NCBI GenBank assembly: GCA_963799745.1 | Contig: CAWCYH010000006.1 | Span: 68,047 to 132,046, forward strand | Length of the DNA stretch: 64,000 nt | Direction: 5' to 3' | Source of the DNA: an uncultured Solirubrobacterales bacterium | Lineage (GTDB): Bacteria; Actinomycetota; Thermoleophilia; Solirubrobacterales; Solirubrobacteraceae | In this document: positions 53,169 through 60,146 of the stretch, piece by piece | How the letters are laid out: every line of letters begins with the position of its first letter | Position numbering within the stretch: position 1 is the first letter of the stretch | Notes under the pieces: model-generated | The model's database searches: none | What the model was told of the DNA's origin: nothing | The model's input: the letters and a program-made list of their open reading frames with translations, nothing else | Program-made: the position numbers and the translations under genes

Positions 53169-53293
53169 CTTCCGCCGGGCGTGAGCGGGTTGGCGCGCCG
53201 AGGGTGCACGCGAGGTCCTTCCGCCGGGCGTGAGCGGGTTGGCGCCGGGGGTGCACGGGAGGCCCTTCCACGGGCCGTGAGCGGGTTGGCGCC
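53169..53293. repeat. 3 x ~47-49-bp tandem repeat upstream of odhA
   Basis: cttcc(g/a)c(c/g)ggg(c)cgtgagcgggttggcgc... starts at 53169, 53218 and 53265, 155-280 bp upstream of the odhA start. Confidence 0.8.
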
Positions 53294-53506
53294 GGCCCGC
53301 GGACGCCGCGCGCGCGCCACTGTCGCCGCCGCAGCCGTGAGGCTCGTGGCCCGACCGTGTGCCGCAGGCACGCCCATCCTTACTGTCGCCGATCAACGGA
53401 GGTGTGATGAACAGGGTCACACGCGTGACATACCTCACGAATTCTCGTCAAATGCCTCGCTTAACATGCACATGCACAGGCAGACCATTCAACCGGGGGA
53501 CAGATC

Positions 53507-53809
53507 ATGTTCAAAACCACCAAACGCTTTCTCGCTGCACTGGTAGTGATCGCGGCCGTGTGCGTACCGTCCGTCGCGTACGCACGGGTCGATCTCAATC
53601 CGGGGCAACCACCGGTCGTCACGCCGGCGACCGTCCCGGCCGACCAGACGCCCAGCCATTCCGTGGCCACGACCGCCACCGCGTCGGGCACCTCATTCCA
53701 CTGGGGTGACGCCGGAATCGGTGCGGCAGGCATGCTCCTGCTACTGAGCGCCGGCGGGTCGGCCGTGATCATCAGCCGCCGCCAGCACCGCCGGGCGATC
53801 GCTACCTGA
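53507..53809 (+). CDS. Small secreted protein with C-terminal FHWGDAGIGA motif, TM helix and Arg cluster (paralogue 2)
   Basis: GGGGGA lies before the ATG. Signal peptide FLAALVVIAAVCVPSVAYA, a Pro/Thr/Ala-rich middle containing PSHS, then SFHWGDAGIGAAGMLLLLSAGGSAVIISRRQHRR. Confidence 0.7.
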   Translation: MFKTTKRFLAALVVIAAVCVPSVAYARVDLNPGQPPVVTPATVPADQTPSHSVATTATASGTSFHWGDAGIGAAGMLLLLSAGGSAVIISRRQHRRAIAT

Positions 53810-53870
53810 CGATCAGCAACGCGACGGCACTGCGGCACCGCACTCGGCGGGGCCGAGTGTCAACCAGCGT

Positions 53871-53917
53871 AACTTCGGCGTTTTGGTTCCGGGGGGTGGA
53901 ACCGAAACGCCAAAGTT
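53871..53917. repeat. 47-nt palindromic repeat element, copy 3 (inverted orientation)
   Basis: The reverse complement differs from copies 1 and 2 at 4 of 47 positions. The loop is GGGGGGT on the + strand. Confidence 0.85.
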
Positions 53918-53960
53918 CGTCGATCGCGGCGATGCGCTCACATCCAGGTACAGTTGCCTG

Positions 53961-55481
53961 GTGACTACGGTTCTCGGCTGGCAGGCGCACTTACCCCCAG
54001 GTGTGCGGGCCGAAGCGGTAGATCTGACGGCCAAGGGGAGTCTTCCGGCCGCCTGGGCGAGAGTCTGGGCACGCGCGCCGACGGCACCCACGCTCCGTGA
54101 CCCCGATCACGGCTGGATTCCCGCCGAGCAGCTCGAGGACGCCACGCGACGGGTGGCGGGGCGCCTGCAGGGGGCGGGGCTCGAGCCCGGAGACCGGATG
54201 CTGTTCAGCGCCGGTTCCTCGTGCGAGCTGGTGATCGCGCACGTGGCCGCGCTCCGCTCGGGGCTCGTCGTCGTGCCGGCCAATACCGCCTATCGCGAGC
54301 GCGAGCTCGCCCACGTCGTCAGCGACGCCCGCCCCAAGGCGGCGCTGCTCGATGATCCCGATCGCGCCCGCTGGGTCGCGGCTGCAGCGGAGCCGGGGAC
54401 GGTGGTGGTCGGGCCCGACGTCGATCTCCCCGATCGCGAGCCGGCGGGGCTCGATTCAACGGGTCCGGATGCGCCGGCGCTGATCGGTTACACGTCGGGC
54501 ACCACCGGCAGCCCGAAGGGCGCCGTGCTCTCGCACGCCAATCTGCTGGCCGGCAGCGAGGCGGTCGGCCTGGCGTGGCGGTGGGCCGCAACCGACCGGC
54601 TCGTGCTGGCGTTGCCGCTGTTCCATGTCCACGGGCTGTGCGTCGGGTTGCACGGGACGCTGCTGGCCGGCGCTTCGGCAGTGCTGGTTCCCCGCTTCGA
54701 TGTCGACGCGGTGCTCGATGCCGCCGGCGCCGACGGCGCCACCCTGTTCTTCGGCGTGCCCACCATGTACCACCGCCTCGCCCAGTCCTCGCGCGTGGGC
54801 GAGCTCGCGAGGCTGCGGCTGTGCGTGTCGGGCTCGGCGCCGCTGCCCGCCGAGCTTCACCGTACGCTCGCCGAGCGCGGCGGCCAACGGGTGCTCGAGC
54901 GCTATGGGATGACGGAGACGGTGATGAACGTGTCCAACCCCTACGACGGGGAGCGCCGGCCCGGCAGCGTCGGCCTGCCGCTGCCCGGAGTCGAGCTCCG
55001 ACTCGAGGACGGCGAGGAAAGCGACGAGGGCGGCGAGGGCGAGATCCTGGTGCGGGGCCCGAACGTGTTCGGCGGCTACTGGGAGCAACCGGACGCCACT
55101 GCCGAGAGCTTCACCGACGGTTGGTTTCGGACCGGCGATCTCGGTGCCTTCGATCCGGACGGGTATCTGCGCATCCTGGGGCGATCAAAGGAGCTGATCA
55201 TCAGCGGCGGGCTCAACGTCTATCCGCGCGAAGTCGAGGACGTGCTGCTCGGCCATCCCGGCGTGGCCGAGGTCGCGGTCGTTGGCACACCCTCGGAGGA
55301 ATGGGGCGAGCAAGTCACCGCGTTCGTCGTCCCGGCCGCCGATCCTCCCCCGGAGCAGGCGCTGCTCGACTTCGCCGCCGAGCAACTGGCGCCGTTCAAG
55401 CGCCCCCGCCAGGTTCAGCTCGTCGACAGTCTGCCTCGCAATGCGCTCGGCAAGGTGGTCAAGCGCGAACTCGTCCCGTGA
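53961..55481 (+). CDS. AMP-forming acyl-CoA synthetase, MatB (malonyl-CoA synthetase)-like
   Basis: IGYTSGTTGSPKGAVLSH, LPLFHVHGL, ERYGMTETVMNVSNPYDGERRPGSVGLPLPGV, WFRTGDLG, GRSKELIISGGLNVYPREVE and LPRNALGKVVKREL. The start is uncertain (GTG 53961 chosen). Confidence 0.85.
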   Translation: MTTVLGWQAHLPPGVRAEAVDLTAKGSLPAAWARVWARAPTAPTLRDPDHGWIPAEQLEDATRRVAGRLQGAGLEPGDRMLFSAGSSCELVIAHVAALRSGLVVVPANTAYRERELAHVVSDARPKAALLDDPDRARWVAAAAEPGTVVVGPDVDLPDREPAGLDSTGPDAPALIGYTSGTTGSPKGAVLSHANLLAGSEAVGLAWRWAATDRLVLALPLFHVHGLCVGLHGTLLAGASAVLVPRFDVDAVLDAAGADGATLFFGVPTMYHRLAQSSRVGELARLRLCVSGSAPLPAELHRTLAERGGQRVLERYGMTETVMNVSNPYDGERRPGSVGLPLPGVELRLEDGEESDEGGEGEILVRGPNVFGGYWEQPDATAESFTDGWFRTGDLGAFDPDGYLRILGRSKELIISGGLNVYPREVEDVLLGHPGVAEVAVVGTPSEEWGEQVTAFVVPAADPPPEQALLDFAAEQLAPFKRPRQVQLVDSLPRNALGKVVKRELVP

Positions 55482-55530
55482 GCGGACGAGCGGACGTGGC
55501 GACGCTCGAGGATCCGGTCCCGAAGCGGGC

Positions 55531-56739
55531 ATGAACAGCGAGCTTCTTCGCCGGCGCCTGGTGGGCGAGTTGCGCGCGCAAGGGGTGATCCGGTCAGAGC
55601 TCGTCGAGGCGGCGTTTCTGAGCGTTCCTCGAGAGCGTTTCCTTGCTGACGTGGTATCTGAACGCGGCCTCGAGGCCGTCTATCGCGACGAAGCAATCGT
55701 GACCAAGCGGGACCCACGCGGGATGCCGCTGTCATCTTCCTCGCAGCCGGCGCTGATGGCGGAGATGCTCGAACTGCTGGCAGCGCGCCCGGGCGAACGG
55801 GTGCTCGAGGTCGGCAGCGGCACCGGGTACAACGCGGCGCTGCTCGCGCACATCGTCGGATCAACGGGGCGGGTGACAAGCGTCGACATCGACGCAGAGC
55901 TCGCTCGGCAAGCCCGGCGCGCACTGCGCGACGGGGGCTATCGCGCATCGATCATGGTCGGAGACGGTCGTCAGGGTCATCCCGGCGCTGCCCCATATGA
56001 CCGCATCATCGCGACCGCGTGCGCAGACGAGATTCCAAGGGCCTGGTTTGACCAGCTCGCGGAAGGAGGCCGGTTGGAGTTGCCGCTACGACTCGACCCG
56101 GACGGCGCTGCGATCCAGGTGATCCCGGTGCTGGAGCGTCGCGGCAACCGCCTGCGCTCGCTCGCGCTCACGTGGGGCGGCTTCATGCCGCTCCACGGTG
56201 GCGAGGGGGGCTGGCGCCCACCGCCGGCGGCGCTTTCCGCCAGCCGCTCCGTGAACGGCAAGCACTTCTCGCTGATATCGATCACCGGCGCCGGCCTCGA
56301 GCAGCTCCCGGCCGACGTGGCGCGGGAGCTCCTTGCCTCGGTGCTGGTGACGCGAGGCCGAGCGCGCAGTCAAGGCGTGACAGACATGAGCAGCGGGCGG
56401 CCGCCGCTGCTCATGATCTACCTCCTGTTGACGATCCCCGCCGCCCGGCGGGTGTCGCTGAGTCACGACGGACGCCTCGGGGTCGGGATGATCGATCGCA
56501 GGAGTCGCAGCCTCGCGGTCGTGTCAGTCCGCAGCCCATGGCGGAGCGAGCCCGGCAGTCGCCAGGTCCGGACGCGGTGGCGTCTCGACGTACATGGAAA
56601 CGACACGGCGGCAATCCAGCTCGAGCGGCTACTCGCGCAGTGGCGGGAGCTGCAGCGGACGGATCGGACAACACTGCGGCTCACCGCGCTCCGGCGCGCC
56701 GACGCCGTCCGCCTCCGCTTCGCCTGGTCTCGCGGCTAG
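55531..56739 (+). CDS. Protein-L-isoaspartate O-methyltransferase (PIMT) homologue with a ~190-aa C-terminal extension
   Basis: N-terminal ~210 aa is PIMT-like (VPRERFL, SSSSQPALMAEMLE, RVLEVGSGTGYNAALLAHIVG, YDRIIATA, QLAEGGRLELP). The remaining ~190 aa has no recognised domain. Confidence 0.85.
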   Translation: MNSELLRRRLVGELRAQGVIRSELVEAAFLSVPRERFLADVVSERGLEAVYRDEAIVTKRDPRGMPLSSSSQPALMAEMLELLAARPGERVLEVGSGTGYNAALLAHIVGSTGRVTSVDIDAELARQARRALRDGGYRASIMVGDGRQGHPGAAPYDRIIATACADEIPRAWFDQLAEGGRLELPLRLDPDGAAIQVIPVLERRGNRLRSLALTWGGFMPLHGGEGGWRPPPAALSASRSVNGKHFSLISITGAGLEQLPADVARELLASVLVTRGRARSQGVTDMSSGRPPLLMIYLLLTIPAARRVSLSHDGRLGVGMIDRRSRSLAVVSVRSPWRSEPGSRQVRTRWRLDVHGNDTAAIQLERLLAQWRELQRTDRTTLRLTALRRADAVRLRFAWSRG

Positions 56740-57066
56740 CACGCCGAACCCGGCGGGGGATCGAACAGCGAAGCCGGGGGCGGGCCAGCCGCTGCCGCGG
56801 TCGTCGCCGGCGATGATCGCGTGAGGCAAGTTCGCGCAGCCGGCATGCGTTACTCAATCACCACTTGATAAGGATTTGCCACACCGGCAAGCCAACTCGC
56901 GCGCCCGAGGTGCCCCCGCCAGAGCGCGCGACGCCCCCCGCTGGACGGACCCGGCGGGGGGTACTCATTTGGTGGAGGCCTTGGTCCAGGTGGCGGCCAA
57001 AGACCTCCACCTGGATGCAGTCGGCCACGCCTCGGGCTGCCGCTCGACGGGACCGGCGATGATTGT

Positions 57067-57543
57067 TCAGTCCTGGTGCAGATCCAGGGCGCGCGCGCCG
57101 GTGAGGCGGACCAGGTCGGCGGGATCGACCAGGAGCGAATGCTCATGGTCGCCGGCCGGGCACAGCACCTGCCCGTAATCGAGCAGACGGAGGTCGATCA
57201 GCTCGGCCGGTGTGTCCGGACCGATCGGGGGGATCGATCCCGCCTCGTAGTCAGGGAAGTCAGCGATCATGTCGGCCTCGCTCGCGAAGCGCAACTCGTG
57301 TCGACTGACCCCGAGCGCGGCGGCGGCCTTGTGCAGATCGAGCCGATCAGACGCGCAGATGACCGCGAACCGGTAGCCGGCCGCCGTGTGCAACACGACC
57401 GTCTTTGCCGTCTGTTCCGCCGGCAGATGCGCCGCCCGCGCCTCGGCCACGGCGGTCTCGCTCCGCGCGTGTTCGATCACATCGAAGCTCACGCCGTGAT
57501 CGCGGAGGTAGAGCTTGAGTTGCGCGCGGCCGGCGGCTGGCAT
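57067..57543 (-). CDS. YbaK/ProX-type aminoacyl-tRNA trans-editing domain protein
   Basis: LKLYLRDHGVSFDVIEH, QTAKTVVL, YRFAVICASDRLDL, ADFPDYEAGSIPPIG. Confidence 0.8.
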   Translation of the reverse strand: MPAAGRAQLKLYLRDHGVSFDVIEHARSETAVAEARAAHLPAEQTAKTVVLHTAAGYRFAVICASDRLDLHKAAAALGVSRHELRFASEADMIADFPDYEAGSIPPIGPDTPAELIDLRLLDYGQVLCPAGDHEHSLLVDPADLVRLTGARALDLHQD

Positions 57544-57664
57544 CCAGGATCAGGGTACTCGGCAGGCGGAGTGACCACGACCCCGTCTGGCGCCACGCAA
57601 CGCGCCCTTTGAACCTGGATTCAGCAGCAGTAGGCTGCGCTGAAACGAGCTGGAGGTGCCGCCG

Positions 57665-57982
57665 ATGTATGCAAGGGTGACCGTGTTCCCGGGCCTTCCA
57701 CCGGAGCGGATCAAGGCTACGCTCGACGAGTTCAAGGAGAAGCATCTCCCCAGGTTCGAGCAGCAGCCGGGCTATCGCGGCGTGTGGGCCGGCATCGACA
57801 TCGTCGGCGGGCGCGCGATTGCCGTCACCTACTGGGAGTCGCTCGACACGCTCCACTCGAGCGACCGGCTCGCGGACGAGGTGAGGGCGGCGGCCGTGAC
57901 GAGAGCCGGTGTCGACCGCAATCGTCCGCCGATCATCGATCGCTACGAGGTCGTGCTAGAGAAGGAGCCGGTCGGCGCCTGA
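57665..57982 (+). CDS. Small ABM/Dabb (ferredoxin-like fold) protein
   Basis: GGAGG lies 8 nt before ATG 57665. MYARVTVFPGLPPERIKATLDEFKEKHLPRFEQQPGYRGVWAGID, AIAVTYWESLDTLHSS is the typical ABM-domain pattern. Confidence 0.6.
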   Translation: MYARVTVFPGLPPERIKATLDEFKEKHLPRFEQQPGYRGVWAGIDIVGGRAIAVTYWESLDTLHSSDRLADEVRAAAVTRAGVDRNRPPIIDRYEVVLEKEPVGA

Positions 57983-58075
57983 AACTCGAGACAGGCAGAC
58001 AGCGCCGGCGCCGGCCAGCGGGCTCCGGGCGCGGGTGCTGGCGCGGCCAGAGGCGTCGGAGTGCTGAGGGTGGTC

Positions 58076-58099
58076 AAAAAGGCTGAACTATTCAGCCTT
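58076..58099 (-). terminator. Rho-independent terminator of the ABC-2 operon
   Basis: The minus strand reads AAGGCTGAA-TAG-TTCAGCCTT followed by TTTG. Confidence 0.6.
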
Positions 58100-58197
58100 A
58101 TCGGGAAGCCTCTGTTTGGCAGGACCCATGGCCTTCGTATCGAGCCCGGGCGCCCATGATGATTCGTGGTTCGGTACACGGGCCGCTCCAGCCCATG

Positions 58198-58998
58198 TCA
58201 CCGAGCCTCCCACTGGAACCAGCGGATCCCGATCCCGGCGAACACGACGATGTAGGCGACGGACACCGCCAGGGACAGCGTGTCGCGGCCGTCCCACGCG
58301 GACAGGTTGAGGACCCCGGCGAACAGCGTCATGACGGTTCCGACGGGACTCCAGCGCGCGATCGACTGCCAGAAGCTGCCGAGCGCTCCGCTCTGTCCGG
58401 ACGTCCCGAGGATGATGAGGACGGCGAACAGCACCCGCGCGACGGCCTGGAGGGTGTCGGCGGACTTCACCAGACCGACCAGCGCCTGGCCAAGGCTCAG
58501 GAACACCGCGCCTCCGAGGATCGAGACCAGCAAGACCAGTGCGTACTGGCCGACGGACGGCGAGATGTGGTGGATCCGGCTGCCGATGACCACGACGACG
58601 AGCGCGATGATCAGATTGGCGATCGACTGCATCGCCAGGCGACTGGACATGATTGTCCACGTGGGCGCCGGGGTGACGCGCAGTCGTTGAAAGACGCCCT
58701 TCTCCCGGTCTCGTGCGACCGTGAGCGCATACCCCAGGATCGAGGTCGCAGCGAGTCCGTAGGCAGTGGCCAGCCCGATGATGAACACCGCCCCGCCGAA
58801 CTTGGCCGTCGCCTTGCTCCCGGTCGTGGTGATGAGCAGAAAGCCCGGCAACAGCAGGCTGATTATCAGCGCGCGCCGGTGCTTCCAGAAAACCGCGAAG
58901 TCCGCCCGCAGCAACGAGGTGAAGACGAGCTGGAGCGGCGGCGCCGCCGTGGCTCTGTTGTCACGAGTCATGAATTCATCGACATTCGAGCTAGTCAC
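58198..58998 (-). CDS. ABC-2 type transporter permease
   Basis: 266 aa with 6 TMS. ADFAVFWKHRRALIISLLLPGFLLI and a typical ABC-2 topology. The start overlaps the ATPase stop by 8 nt. Confidence 0.85.
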   Translation of the reverse strand: MTSSNVDEFMTRDNRATAAPPLQLVFTSLLRADFAVFWKHRRALIISLLLPGFLLITTTGSKATAKFGGAVFIIGLATAYGLAATSILGYALTVARDREKGVFQRLRVTPAPTWTIMSSRLAMQSIANLIIALVVVVIGSRIHHISPSVGQYALVLLVSILGGAVFLSLGQALVGLVKSADTLQAVARVLFAVLIILGTSGQSGALGSFWQSIARWSPVGTVMTLFAGVLNLSAWDGRDTLSLAVSVAYIVVFAGIGIRWFQWEAR

Positions 58999-60082
58999 GG
59001 ATCTCGCTCCCGGTCAGCCCGATGAAGACGTCTTCGAGGGTCACCTCGCCGTGGGCGACCTCGCGCACCCGGGGATCGTCCCTGTGCTTCTCGATCAGGT
59101 CGTGCGGCGTCTCGGTGGTGAGCAGTGTGCCGTGGTCGATGATCGCGACTCGGTCACAGACCGCCTGGGCCTCCTCCATCGAATGGGTGGTCAAGAGGAT
59201 GCTCCCGCCCTCTTGTCGGATGTGCTCGATCCGGCCCCAGAGCTGACGACGCGACTGCGGATCGAGACCGGCCGTCGGCTCGTCGAGCAGCAGCAACCAG
59301 GGCTCGTGGACGACCGCGATGTACAGGGAGAGGCGTTGCTGCTGGCCGCCCGAGAGCTGCTTGAACGGCTTGGTTGCCTCACCTTCGAGCCCGATCGCGT
59401 GAAGACCAGCGGTGATCTCGGCGTCGGAGAGCTTGATCCCGTAGAGGCCCGCATACAACCTCACGATCTGCTCGATCGTGAGCTCGGACTGAAAGCTCGT
59501 CGCCTGAAGCTGGACGCCCATCCTGGCCTTTGCCTGTGCGGGATGGCGCCTGATGTCGACGCCGTCGAGGAGCATGGTTCCTGACCGTGGCTTGATCAGT
59601 CCCTCGATGGCGCTCAGCGTGCTCGTCTTGCCCGCACCGTTGGGTCCCAAGAGCCCGAAGATCTCCCCGCGGGTGATCTCGAGGCTCACACCGTCGACGG
59701 CCCGCTTGGCACCGTAGGCAACGGACAGGTCGCGGACCTCCAGGATGACGCTCGGCGGACGGCCGGCTGAGTCCACCTGCGGTTTGATCGCCTCCGCGAG
59801 CGGGGCCCGGTGATCGGCGATAGCCGGGTTTCGGCGCTCGGATGCCCGCTCGAGGACCGCCTGCTGCGAGATGTCGGGCACTAGCAGCAGTGATCCGTCC
59901 TCATGCTCTTCCGCCACGATGTAGGTGCTGGCCTGCTCGCCGCGGATCACTCGCACCGTGTCCTTCACCAAGGTCAAGATATCGCCCTCGAGATCGCGAC
60001 CAGCCGCCTGCGTGTGAGTGAGGTAGGCGAGGGCGGCGAATACGCGGCAATGGTCGTCGGGTGATTGCCCGCGAGATTGCAA
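58991..60082 (-). CDS. ABC transporter ATP-binding protein (DrrA-like) with a ~100-aa N-terminal extension
   Basis: Walker A GLLGPNGAGKTS, Q-loop, signature LSGGQQQRL, Walker B LLLLDEPTAGLD and H-loop TTHSMEEA. The in-frame N-terminal extension has good GC3 (LVKDTVRVIRGEQASTYIVAEEHEDGSLLLVPD). The start is uncertain. Confidence 0.85.
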   Translation of the reverse strand: MQSRGQSPDDHCRVFAALAYLTHTQAAGRDLEGDILTLVKDTVRVIRGEQASTYIVAEEHEDGSLLLVPDISQQAVLERASERRNPAIADHRAPLAEAIKPQVDSAGRPPSVILEVRDLSVAYGAKRAVDGVSLEITRGEIFGLLGPNGAGKTSTLSAIEGLIKPRSGTMLLDGVDIRRHPAQAKARMGVQLQATSFQSELTIEQIVRLYAGLYGIKLSDAEITAGLHAIGLEGEATKPFKQLSGGQQQRLSLYIAVVHEPWLLLLDEPTAGLDPQSRRQLWGRIEHIRQEGGSILLTTHSMEEAQAVCDRVAIIDHGTLLTTETPHDLIEKHRDDPRVREVAHGEVTLEDVFIGLTGSEIRD

Positions 60083-60146
60083 ACCGAGTAGGTTTCCGCG
60101 CGTTGATCAGTGTGCGCCGCGTCTGCATCACATCGGCTTCAGCGAG

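Noticed and set aside
53402-53430. CRP-like TGTGA...TCACA inverted repeat (GTGTGATGAACAGGGTCACACGCGTGACA) in the odhA / small-protein divergent region.
   Set aside because: The half-sites are separated by 9 nt rather than the 6 nt of CRP/GlxR-type sites. The overlapping GTCAC-N4-GTGAC is short. It cannot be distinguished from chance without a genome-wide motif model.
56858-56968. 36-aa minus-strand ORF next to the PIMT homologue, considered as a RiPP precursor.
   Set aside because: It contains no Asp, the residue PIMT-type enzymes modify. It has only a weak ribosome-binding site and Arg/Gly-rich composition typical of chance ORFs. It is kept only as part of the unexplained-gap observation.
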